Assembly: GCA_046498345.1 (NCBI GenBank)
Contig: JAWOAW010000015.1
Span: 1-53,019, forward strand
From: Thermoplasmatota archaeon
GTDB lineage: Archaea; Thermoplasmatota; E2; UBA202; DSCA01
DNA length: 53,019 nucleotides
Direction: 5' to 3'
Position 1 is the first letter of the stretch, and each line of letters starts with the position of its first letter. The position numbers and the translations under genes are program-made. Positions 31,476 to 40,118 of this stretch are shown piece by piece. Under the pieces are notes generated by a model that saw nothing but the letters and a program-made list of their open reading frames with translations, did no database searches and was not told where the DNA came from.

Positions 31476-32786
31476 ATGCAGATAAATCCGTGGAGCTCGG
31501 CGCAGTACCAGGACTACAACCGGCTGCGGGAGCAGTTCGGCATCCAGGAGCTTACCCCGGGGCTCTGGGAGGGGCTGCCGGATCCCCCCTCCTTTTTCCG
31601 GCGGGGCATCGTCTTCGGCCACCGTGACTTCCACCGCATCGCCCACGCCGCCAAAAACGGGGAGCCATGGGCGCTGATGACCGGCCTGATGCCCTCCGGG
31701 CGGATGCACCTGGGCCACAAGATGGTCCTCGACCAGATACGCTACTACCAGCGCATCGGCGGCGACATCTACATCGCCGTGGCAGACATCGAGGCCTATG
31801 CCACCCGCGGCTACAGCCTCAAGGAGGCGGAACGCCTGGCCGTCGAGGAATACATCACCAGCTACATCGCCATGGGACTGGAGCCCTGCACCGTCTACTT
31901 CCAGTCGCGGAACAGCGACGTCAAAGACCTCGGCTACCTGCTCGGGAAAAAAACCAACCTGTCAGAGGTCAACGCCATCTACGGCTTCGAAGGCGCCACC
32001 AACATGGCCCATGTATTGTCGCCGCTCATCCAGGCCGGTGACATCCTCCACCCGCAGCTGGCAGAGCACGGCGGCTCCCGGCCCGTCCTGGTGCCCGTCG
32101 GCGTCGACCAGGACCCCCACATCCGGTTCACCCGGGGGATAGCGGCAGCGCATCGCCTGTACAACGTCACCACGGCCAAGGACGGCCAGGTAGCCGTGTT
32201 CGTCAAACCCGACGGCGAGGTCACACGGCTGCTCGACCTGGCAGAGCAGACAGCCGCCGAGCTGGGCTTCACATCGAAGCGCCACGACGCCTACAAGGCC
32301 CTCTACCTCAAAGACGCCGCGGCAGGCGACATCGACATCCTCGACCTGGCGCTGGCCCGGCGGGAGCAGCAGCAGGACAGCTACGGGTTTGTCTCGCCCG
32401 CCTCCACCTACCACCGGTTTATGACGGGTATCACCGGCGGCAAGATGTCCAGCAGCACGCCCGAGTCAGCCATCTTCCTCACCGATACTCCTGAGGAGGC
32501 GCGGAAAAAGATCATGTCGGCCAAGACCGGGGGTGCCGTGTCGCTGGAGGAACACAAAAAACACGGCGGCACCCCCGAGCAATGCGTGCTCTACGAGCTC
32601 TTCCTCTACCATCTCATGGAAAGCGACGCAGAACTCGAGCAGCTCTACCGGGACTGCCGGGCCGGCGACCAGCTGTGCGGCGCCTGCAAACAGCGGGCGG
32701 CGGAGCTCATGGAAACGTTCCTGTCAAACCTGCACGAAAAACGGGCGGCCGCCCGCGAAAAAATCGAAGATTACGTTTCGCTGTAG
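31476..32786 (+). CDS. trpS: Tryptophan--tRNA ligase (archaeal/eukaryotic type) with an internal insertion of about 70-75 aa
   Basis: HIGH-type PSGRMHLGH, VGVDQDPHIRFTRGIA, KMSSS, and a C-terminal helical domain. The extra segment is aa 228-305. Confidence 0.9.
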   Translation: MQINPWSSAQYQDYNRLREQFGIQELTPGLWEGLPDPPSFFRRGIVFGHRDFHRIAHAAKNGEPWALMTGLMPSGRMHLGHKMVLDQIRYYQRIGGDIYIAVADIEAYATRGYSLKEAERLAVEEYITSYIAMGLEPCTVYFQSRNSDVKDLGYLLGKKTNLSEVNAIYGFEGATNMAHVLSPLIQAGDILHPQLAEHGGSRPVLVPVGVDQDPHIRFTRGIAAAHRLYNVTTAKDGQVAVFVKPDGEVTRLLDLAEQTAAELGFTSKRHDAYKALYLKDAAAGDIDILDLALARREQQQDSYGFVSPASTYHRFMTGITGGKMSSSTPESAIFLTDTPEEARKKIMSAKTGGAVSLEEHKKHGGTPEQCVLYELFLYHLMESDAELEQLYRDCRAGDQLCGACKQRAAELMETFLSNLHEKRAAAREKIEDYVSL

Positions 32787-33247
32787 ATATCCTGCTTTTG
32801 CATCTCGATGTCCAGCACCCGGTTCTTATAGGTATAGCAGAGGCTGTCCTCCCGTACCGGGCAGGGCAGCGCCAGGGCCCTGTACATGGTTCGCTCCGGG
32901 TCATCGATGGCTATCTCCAGGGTCTGCCGGTCGACATATACGTCGATGTCCTCCGGCTCGGCGGTGAACGGCAGCGACAGAGTGACAGCGATGCTGTCAA
33001 CGCCCTCTATCATGTCCGCTTCCACCTCGTCCTCGTCGACTGCGTCATGGGTGAACTCGTCTATCTGCGGCTCGCCGTCCGGCCCCATCCTGACCGCGAA
33101 TCCTTTCACGAAGGTCTTCCCGGACTTCCATTCCTCCAGCGACGTTTTGAAGGCGTCCTCTACCAGGCGCTCCATTTCGTGGAGGATGCGCTGGAACTCT
33201 TCGTCGTTGAAGGGATTGTTTCGCTCCTCGTCCTTGTCGTCAATCAT
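32771..33247 (-). CDS. Hsp20/alpha-crystallin-like small heat-shock protein
   Basis: MIDDKDEERNNPFNDEEFQR... with a C-terminal beta-sandwich-like region (IAVTLSLPFTAEPEDIDVYVDRQTLEIAID...YRALALPCPV...YKNRVLDIEM). The track start 33259 is a TTG. Confidence 0.6.
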   Translation of the reverse strand: MIDDKDEERNNPFNDEEFQRILHEMERLVEDAFKTSLEEWKSGKTFVKGFAVRMGPDGEPQIDEFTHDAVDEDEVEADMIEGVDSIAVTLSLPFTAEPEDIDVYVDRQTLEIAIDDPERTMYRALALPCPVREDSLCYTYKNRVLDIEMQKQDIYSET

Positions 33248-33346
33248 GTTTCCCTGCAATAATTTAACGAAACACGTGTATTAAAACGTTATCCTTTGTT
33301 TCGCAGAAACAATATAAAAAAGGAAAGGAAAAAGGGGAAAAGGGTT

Positions 33347-36300
33347 TTAGCGGCGCCGTCGCCACAGGATGAGCGCTGCGCCCAGCACGCCGAGTATCAG
33401 GGCGGCGAATCCGAATCCCGGGGTGCTCGGGCCTTCCTTGACCGTCACGTCGCGGCTGCCGGTGTCGTAGGTGCCGTGGGTGGCCGTGAGGGTGAAGTCT
33501 CCCTTGTCTTCGGGTTTCCATTTCACCTCACCGTTTTCGTCTGTGGTGCCGATGGTGGTGCCGCCTACTTCCACGGTCGCCCCCTGGACGTCCTTGTCGC
33601 CGCCGGTGGTCACCTTGATGGTGTACTCCTTGCCTTTCTCCAGCTCGGGCAGGACGTAGAAGTAGCGGTCGCCGATGACGTGTATCTTCAGGCCGCCCAC
33701 GCCGATGGTGATCTCGCCTGCTTCGTCTCCCTCCACGTACAGCGTGATGGTGCCGGTCATGTCGGGGATGATGCCGATGACGATTTCGCCGTTGCTGTCG
33801 GTTTCTCCCAGGTTCATGTTGCCGGCGGGGAAGTCACCCATGACCTTCATGCCGGAAACCGGGTTGCCGTTCCGCGGGTTGGTGACCGTGACGGTGATGA
33901 TGTTCTGCTCGCCAAGCGCGATGGTCTCCGGTTCAACGGTTATCTCGGGGATGGTCACCGTTATGGTGCCGTCTGCATCTGCATCCATGCCACCGTCGGG
34001 TTTAAACGTGAAGGATATCTCGTAGCCGTCTTTGCTGCCGTTGATGACCTTCATGTTGTGGACCGTGGCCGTGCCGTTGACCACGTCGACGGTCATCGTG
34101 GCTCCTTCCACGTAGGTCTCGTTGTAGCCGCTGATCCCGTTCTGGTGGACGCCGTGCAATGTCAGCTCGCCGTCGAGGTTGTTTCCGTTCCAGGTCACCT
34201 CGAAGGTTACCGTTCCGTTGGTGTCGATGTGTTTCACGACCATGTCCACGTCCGGGGTGACCGTTGCCGCGCTTACCTCGATGCTGGGCTCGGCGCCCAG
34301 GTTGTCGTGTTTCTTGTCCGCGGTGCGGAGGTACAGGTAGTAGGTGCCGGGCTCCGTGATGGTTTTGTCAAGAGTGAAGTTGGCCGTGCTTTTTTCGTCG
34401 GGGGTCAGGGCGCCCAGGTCGAGCTCCTCGTTCTGCAGGTCGTCGTACTGTGTCTCGTTGAGCAGATATATCTGGAAGCTGTCGGCATAGGCTTTGTTGT
34501 CCTGCGTGACGTTGAAGGTGTGCTCGGTTGACGCGCCGGCCATGACATCCGCGGGTGCCCAGTCGACCTCGAGGTCGTGGGCCGGGTTCGAACGTATCTT
34601 TGCGAAGGCGTACTGGTCGGTGGCCGTCTTGAAGTATACGGCGACCACGTAGTTGACCGCCGCCTCGTCTACGGAGACGTTGTCGAAGGTGAACTCGCCG
34701 TTGGTGTTGTACACGCTCTCTTTTTCATCGACGAGGGTCCAGCCGGCAACGCCGTCGTAGTAGGCGGGGTCTTCGATGTACAATCGGATGTATTCCGCCC
34801 GGGTGACGGTGTCGCCCGCGTTTGTTTTGACGGTCACGGTGAAGTTGTAGTTGTTGTCCACGATAACCGTGGCGGGGTCAACGGTCACGATGCCGCCCTG
34901 ACTGATGGTGACGGTGTCGCTGTCTGTGCCGTTGTTCGGCCAGGTCACGTTGACGTATATCATGCCGTCTCCCTCTATGGGGAACACCTTGACGTGCCAT
35001 TTGCCGTCGCCCGCGTAGGTATAGGCTTCTTTGGGCGGGGTGTACAGGATGTCACCCTCGATCTGGATGCGGCTGGTCACGTTCTGCAGCGTGGTCGGAT
35101 TGACGCTGAGGTTTTCGGGGCTGCCGTAGACGTCGATGCCGTCGCCGAGCACTTCAACTTCCAGGGTGGCGGTGTTGTTGCCGGTGTCGCTGACATCTAT
35201 GGTGTCTGGCGTTACCTTCACGTTGACGTCCGGGGGGCTGACCACGTCAAAGGTGGTGCTGCCCGTGTACTCGTAGCTCTCGTTGTCTATCATGGTGCTG
35301 CCCGTGTAGTTCTGCGCTACCGTCAGGTCGTAGTCGCCGGTGCCCGGCCACTGCATGGTGATGGTGAGGTTGCCGTTCTCTGTGCTTATGGTGGCTGTTT
35401 CACCGCCGATGACAAGCATAGTGCTGCTGCCGCTGAGCACGACGTCACCGGTTGAGTTGCTTTCCCCGTCAAATGTGAGCGTTATGTTGACGGGTTTGGT
35501 CCAGTCGACAGACATGTTGGTCTCTGCATACTTCACCAGGAATTCCTTGGTGCTCGGGAAGCCGGACTTGGCATCTTCGGAAGACACGTCATCGAAGGTA
35601 ATATCATTCGGCATGACGTCGAGGTGGGCGTATCCACTGAGCTCGGGGGTTGCGTCACCTGTATTGTTCTTCGTGGCGGTGATGTTGTATGTGCCGATGC
35701 CTTTCATCCCTCGTACTTTTATTGAATAGTTGCCACCGCTCTGCGACACCATAATCTCTTGGGCGTCCTTATCCTTTCCATCTGTCCCAATGTACGTGGC
35801 AGTGATATCTGCGTTTTCGATGTAGTTGCCATCTTCGTCTTTGATAGTGATGTCAAGCGATATGCCGCTTCTTGACTGGTTGAAGGTCTCCTCCGTGGGC
35901 GAAATGGTTATGTTGAGTGGCGCCGGCTTGACGGTGAAGGTGGTGTTGACATCTTTATCCACATTTTTGACTGTCCATTCTCCGACCGCATCCAGGTTCA
36001 CACCGCTAAAGGTCACTCTGCCGTCCGCGTTTGCCCAATCCTGTTTAGTGGACTGCGTGGCTCCGGGTTTCCAGAGCTGGATGGTATCGCCATCGGATGC
36101 ATTGTATATCTCCATGGTGACGGTGTCGAGGTAGCCGCCGGACTTTGGCTTGACCTCGAAGTCAGGTCCTTCTTCTTTAAGTGTTACTTCTCTTGTTCTT
36201 TCGTTGTCGGCCCAGTTGTCGTCTGCTGGCGGGCTGGCGTTCACTGTGATGGTATAGGTGCCGGGCGAGAGGCCAGTGGTATCCCAGGTTTTATCACCTA

Positions 36301-37096
36301 AGTGGTACTCATTTATGGTTTCGGTGTAATCTCCGATTCCTGTAGTGCCAACTTTCACAGCGATGTCTACGTCCTCTGTTCCGGCGGTTCCGTTGTTGAC
36401 AATCTTGTACATGACGTGGTATGTTTCCCCTATCGTCAATTCCTGTTCTAGGGCTATTTTCTCGGTGGTTGCGTTATCTATCCGGACGCCGGTTCCGTAG
36501 GTGCCGGTGTAACCCGTGTCCACGTACACGTCGTGTTTTTCGCCGCCGTTGGACTCGCCAAAGGTCGGGCTCGTAAACACCTGAAAGTCCTCGGCGTCGT
36601 TGTCGGTGTCCACGCCGTTCGGGTATCGTCCCGTGGAGTTACCTTCGCCGGGTGCGGTGGCGTTCACCGTGGTGTCGCCGCCATAGGCGACCTGGTCGAC
36701 AATACCACCAGTGCTGTTCTTTAGGACGATACTGTCCGTGTCGGATGCTAGGCTGAAACCTAACTCCTCAGTTTCACTCAGTACAAGATATCCGTTTGCG
36801 GGTATGGTTAAACCGTCAAGCAAAGCCCAATCTACCGAGCTAGGCGGACTCGAGATATTCCATCCCGTCAAGTCAACTGGACTATCGGTAGGGTTGTACA
36901 ACTCAATGATATCTTCCATATAGGTTAACGTGTTTGGTCCGGCGTAAAATTCATTTATCACTATGTGGTCAGTAGTAGACCCTTCTCCATTTTCTCCGGC
37001 CACATCTTCGACCGATATCATGGTGAAGGCGCTTGCTATCAACGCAGCCACTACGACGATGCTTCCAATCTTTTTAAGTGCGTGTTTTTTATACAT
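33347..37096 (-). CDS. Large cell-surface (S-layer-like) glycoprotein: signal peptide, lamin-tail domain (LTD), many Ig-like repeats, PGF-CTERM archaeosortase signal
   Basis: N-terminus MYKKHALKKIGSIVVVAALIASAFTMIS; LTD HIVINEFYAGPN...IELYNPTDSPVDLTGWNISS; dozens of N-x-S/T sequons. The C-terminus is PSTPGFGFAALILGVLGAALILWRRRR. A strong RBS (GGAGGAAACA) precedes the ATG. Confidence 0.85.
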   Translation of the reverse strand: MYKKHALKKIGSIVVVAALIASAFTMISVEDVAGENGEGSTTDHIVINEFYAGPNTLTYMEDIIELYNPTDSPVDLTGWNISSPPSSVDWALLDGLTIPANGYLVLSETEELGFSLASDTDSIVLKNSTGGIVDQVAYGGDTTVNATAPGEGNSTGRYPNGVDTDNDAEDFQVFTSPTFGESNGGEKHDVYVDTGYTGTYGTGVRIDNATTEKIALEQELTIGETYHVMYKIVNNGTAGTEDVDIAVKVGTTGIGDYTETINEYHLGDKTWDTTGLSPGTYTITVNASPPADDNWADNERTREVTLKEEGPDFEVKPKSGGYLDTVTMEIYNASDGDTIQLWKPGATQSTKQDWANADGRVTFSGVNLDAVGEWTVKNVDKDVNTTFTVKPAPLNITISPTEETFNQSRSGISLDITIKDEDGNYIENADITATYIGTDGKDKDAQEIMVSQSGGNYSIKVRGMKGIGTYNITATKNNTGDATPELSGYAHLDVMPNDITFDDVSSEDAKSGFPSTKEFLVKYAETNMSVDWTKPVNITLTFDGESNSTGDVVLSGSSTMLVIGGETATISTENGNLTITMQWPGTGDYDLTVAQNYTGSTMIDNESYEYTGSTTFDVVSPPDVNVKVTPDTIDVSDTGNNTATLEVEVLGDGIDVYGSPENLSVNPTTLQNVTSRIQIEGDILYTPPKEAYTYAGDGKWHVKVFPIEGDGMIYVNVTWPNNGTDSDTVTISQGGIVTVDPATVIVDNNYNFTVTVKTNAGDTVTRAEYIRLYIEDPAYYDGVAGWTLVDEKESVYNTNGEFTFDNVSVDEAAVNYVVAVYFKTATDQYAFAKIRSNPAHDLEVDWAPADVMAGASTEHTFNVTQDNKAYADSFQIYLLNETQYDDLQNEELDLGALTPDEKSTANFTLDKTITEPGTYYLYLRTADKKHDNLGAEPSIEVSAATVTPDVDMVVKHIDTNGTVTFEVTWNGNNLDGELTLHGVHQNGISGYNETYVEGATMTVDVVNGTATVHNMKVINGSKDGYEISFTFKPDGGMDADADGTITVTIPEITVEPETIALGEQNIITVTVTNPRNGNPVSGMKVMGDFPAGNMNLGETDSNGEIVIGIIPDMTGTITLYVEGDEAGEITIGVGGLKIHVIGDRYFYVLPELEKGKEYTIKVTTGGDKDVQGATVEVGGTTIGTTDENGEVKWKPEDKGDFTLTATHGTYDTGSRDVTVKEGPSTPGFGFAALILGVLGAALILWRRRR

Positions 37097-37236
37097 TGTT
37101 TCCTCCTTTTAGGTTTGCCATCTAAAATGTATCCCCTTTTTTAATCTTTTCTCTTTTTTTTCCATTGTGGTGTCCCTCTGTGGGACGGGGTTAGCATGGA
37201 ATTGGCATCATTTTATATAAAGATTGTGTTTTTCTA

Positions 37237-37860
37237 TCAGATGCCCTTCCTGTCGCCCCACAGGATTTTGTGGAGCTGCAGGCAGAGACGGACGTCGATT
37301 TCGTCCTGGACTATCCAGTCGGCGAGCGCCACGTTGCTCTTCCAGACAGGCTGCATCACCACCGGGCAGGACGGCTCGTATTCCCTGACGATGCTGCGGG
37401 CGTAGTCGTAGTCCTCCCGGGAGCCGATGACGAACTTGAGCTGGTCGCGGGGGCGGAGCGCTGCCAGGTTTTCCATCCGCATTTCGGCGTGCATGCCGGA
37501 GGAGGGACATTTTATGTCCATGGAGATGGTGACCGGCCGCCGGGTGAGCCATGCTATGTCCTGTGACCCGTTGGTTTCCACCTCGATTGCGTAGCCGTCG
37601 GCCAGCAGCCCGTCGACCAATCCGGGCAGCTCCTCCTGCAGCAGGGGTTCCCCGCCCGTGATGCAGGCCCGCCGGCAGCGCCACCGCCGCATCGCATCGA
37701 TAACCGCCGGGGTCTCCATGTGCTCGCCGCCCTGGTAGGCGTAGGTGGTGTCGCAGTAGCTGCAGCGGAGGTTGCAGCCGGTGGTGCGGACAAAAATCGT
37801 GGGCAGCCCCGTGTTTTTTCCCTCGCCCTGCAGCGAGAAAAACAGCTCAGTTATCTGCAT
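37237..37860 (-). CDS. queE: 7-carboxy-7-deazaguanine synthase QueE (radical SAM)
   Basis: ELFFSLQGEGKNTGLPTIFVRTTGCNLRCSYCDTTYAY. Confidence 0.9.
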   Translation of the reverse strand: MQITELFFSLQGEGKNTGLPTIFVRTTGCNLRCSYCDTTYAYQGGEHMETPAVIDAMRRWRCRRACITGGEPLLQEELPGLVDGLLADGYAIEVETNGSQDIAWLTRRPVTISMDIKCPSSGMHAEMRMENLAALRPRDQLKFVIGSREDYDYARSIVREYEPSCPVVMQPVWKSNVALADWIVQDEIDVRLCLQLHKILWGDRKGI

Positions 37861-38509
37861 AGGCTATCGGGTCCTCCACGCCCGCCCGAGCGAATCCCTC
37901 AAGCCGGAGCCGGCAGGAGTCGCATCTGCCGCATGCTTTTTCGCCGTCGCGGTAGCAGGACCAGGTATGCTCCAGCGGCGCGTCCAGTTCGATGCCGCGG
38001 CGAATGATTTCATGTTTGGCCAGGTCGATGACCGGGGTGTGTATCACCGGCGGGTTGCCCTCGACCCCCTGCTTGGTGCCCAGCTCGGCGACGCGCTGCA
38101 TCGCCTCGATGTACTCGGGCCGGCAGTCCGGGTACCCGGAGTAGTCGACGGCGGTGACCCCGATGAAAATGCTGTCGGCTTTGATGACCTCTGTCTGGGC
38201 GAGCGCGATGCCGAGGAAGATGGTGTTCCGGGCGGGCACATAGGTTACGGGTATGCCCTCCTGTGCCGTCTCGGGCACCTCGATGTCGTCGGTGAGCGCC
38301 GAGCCGCCCAGCCTGCGGAGGTCGAGGTCGATGACGTTGTGGTCGGCGACGCCGAGCCCCTCGGCCACGCTGCGGGCATGCTCGATTTCCGTCCGGCTGC
38401 GCTGCCCGTAGTCGAAGGTGAGCGCGTGCAGCGTGTAGCCCTGGCTGGCGGCGATGGCGGCGGCAACGCACGAATCGAGCCCTCCGGAGAGCAGGCAGAC
38501 GGCGTTCAT
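37847..38509 (-). CDS. queC: 7-cyano-7-deazaguanine synthase QueC
   Basis: MNAVCLLSGGLDSCVAAA...TYVPARNTIFL...SCYRDGEKACGRCDSCRLR. Confidence 0.95.
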   Translation of the reverse strand: MNAVCLLSGGLDSCVAAAIAASQGYTLHALTFDYGQRSRTEIEHARSVAEGLGVADHNVIDLDLRRLGGSALTDDIEVPETAQEGIPVTYVPARNTIFLGIALAQTEVIKADSIFIGVTAVDYSGYPDCRPEYIEAMQRVAELGTKQGVEGNPPVIHTPVIDLAKHEIIRRGIELDAPLEHTWSCYRDGEKACGRCDSCRLRLEGFARAGVEDPIAYADN

Positions 38510-38510
38510 G

Positions 38511-38975
38511 TTATCCCGTGGTCCAGGCGCCCTGGCCGTATCCTTCGTCGACGCCGACGGAGACGGCGGTTACCCGGGGCGGGATGTCTATTTTTTCGTG
38601 GAGCAGCTGGAGGATGTATCCGGCGAGGTTTTCCGCCGATGTGGCGGGCAGGGGGAGCAGCAGGCAGTCCTCGGCCGGCAGCAGGTATCGTTTGCCGCGG
38701 AAGATGGCTTCGATGCTGTCGTCCTGCCGTGTCAGCTCGATGTTGGCCTGCTCGGGGATGAGCAGGTGGTGGTCGAGTTCGTCGGCGATATCCTGGAGGG
38801 TCTCCTTGAGCAGGCTGAAGTCGATGACGATGCCCATCTCGTCCTGTTCGCCTTCTATCGTTGCATGAATCGCGTAGGTGTGCCCGTGCAGCCGCCCGCA
38901 TTTGTCGTATTCGGGGATGAAATGCGCCGACGAGAAAAGAATGTGGCTGCGCCAGCCGTCTATCCTGACCTGCAT
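38511..38975 (-). CDS. queD: 6-carboxy-5,6,7,8-tetrahydropterin synthase QueD
   Basis: FSSAHFIPEYDKCGRLHGHTYAI...HHLLIP. Confidence 0.9.
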   Translation of the reverse strand: MQVRIDGWRSHILFSSAHFIPEYDKCGRLHGHTYAIHATIEGEQDEMGIVIDFSLLKETLQDIADELDHHLLIPEQANIELTRQDDSIEAIFRGKRYLLPAEDCLLLPLPATSAENLAGYILQLLHEKIDIPPRVTAVSVGVDEGYGQGAWTTG

Positions 38976-39013
38976 ACAAATCTATATCAATGTGCTTTAA
39001 AATACTTGTGTGC

Positions 39014-39481
39014 ATGCGCGTGCTTGACACCTCGGCGATTTTGTCCGGCCGGTGGCAGGGCGGCGACGTCGTCACTGTCCCTGGAGTCATCGACGAGTTC
39101 GAGGAGGGCGGTCATTCGTTCCGGATGCTGCAGTATGCCCGTGAGGCCGGGCTCCGGGTGCTGCTTCCTCCGGAAGCGGCGGTGCGGCGGGTGCGGGATG
39201 CCGCCCGGGATACCGGCGACCTGGCCGCGCTGTCGGAGGCCGACGTCGAGGTGCTGGCGCTGGCTGCCTCCCGTGACGGTGCGGTGATGGTCACCGATGA
39301 CTACGCGATGCAGAACGTGGCCCGGGAGCTCGACGTGCGGTATGCCACGGTTGTCCAGAGGGGGATACGGGAGCAGTGGACGTGGCGGTATCGCTGTTCG
39401 TCCTGCGGCCGCCGGGTTGACGCCGGGATGGAGCAGTGCCCGGTGTGCGGCGGCCCGATACGGCGCGTGCGATGGAAGTGA
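39014..39481 (+). CDS. Nob1-like endoribonuclease (PIN domain plus C-terminal zinc ribbon)
   Basis: MRVLDTSAIL...LSEADVEVLALA...VTDDYAMQNVA, then YRCSSCGRRVDAGMEQCPVCGG. Confidence 0.75.
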   Translation: MRVLDTSAILSGRWQGGDVVTVPGVIDEFEEGGHSFRMLQYAREAGLRVLLPPEAAVRRVRDAARDTGDLAALSEADVEVLALAASRDGAVMVTDDYAMQNVARELDVRYATVVQRGIREQWTWRYRCSSCGRRVDAGMEQCPVCGGPIRRVRWK

Positions 39482-39511
39482 TTTTATACCACCTTGCCAT
39501 TGGAGGCCCGT

Positions 39512-39736
39512 ATGTGTTTGGCCGTTCCCGGAAAGGTCTGCGCGGTTGACGGCGCGAAAGCCACCATCGACTACGGGCAGGGTACCACGCGCCAGGCCGA
39601 CGTTTCGCTTGTCGACGTGGAGGTCGGCGATTACGTGATAGTCCACGCGGGCTTTGCCATCCAGGTCTTGGACGAGCGGGAGGCGGAGGAGACGCTGCAG
39701 CTGTTCCGGGAGATGCTTGAGGCAGAGCATGCATGA
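39512..39736 (+). CDS. hypC: Hydrogenase maturation protein HypC
   Basis: Canonical N-terminus MCLAVPGKV. GGAGG lies 6 nt upstream. The track start 39494 is an upstream TTG. Confidence 0.9.
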   Translation: MCLAVPGKVCAVDGAKATIDYGQGTTRQADVSLVDVEVGDYVIVHAGFAIQVLDEREAEETLQLFREMLEAEHA

Positions 39737-40118
39737 GTTTTCGACGATGTCCAGCATCGTGGCCTCGGTGCTCGAGGAGGGGGAAAAGCACGATGCCACG
39801 GCTGTCACCCGCGTCGTCCTGGACATCGGCGAGCTGACGTTTCTGGGAGAGGAGCAGCTCCGCTTCGCCTTTCAGGTGCTGAGCGAGGGCACCCTGCTGG
39901 AAGGCGCCGAACTGGTTGTCAACCGGGTTGCCCCGGAGGTACGCTGCGACTGCGGCTACACGGGCGACGTCGAATACGACGAGAAAAAAGAGTTCCACGT
40001 CCGTTTTCCGCTGCTGCGCTGCCCGGAATGCGGGGGCTCTGTCGAGGTGAGGCGGGGTCGGGAATGTTTAATAAAGCATATCGAGATTGAGAGGGACGAT
40101 GTTTCAGCTGAGGGATAG
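39729..40118 (+). CDS. hypA: Hydrogenase nickel-insertion protein HypA
   Basis: MHEFSTMSSIV... (MHE Ni-binding N-terminus). The Zn site is CDCG...CPECGG. It overlaps hypC by 8 nt. Confidence 0.9.
   Translation: MHEFSTMSSIVASVLEEGEKHDATAVTRVVLDIGELTFLGEEQLRFAFQVLSEGTLLEGAELVVNRVAPEVRCDCGYTGDVEYDEKKEFHVRFPLLRCPECGGSVEVRRGRECLIKHIEIERDDVSAEG

Noticed and set aside
33296-35455. + strand ORFs 33296..34531 (411 aa) and 34577..35455 (292 aa)
   Set aside because: They are antisense to the PGF-CTERM surface-protein gene. Both are Val/Gly/Asp/Ala-rich shadow ORFs.
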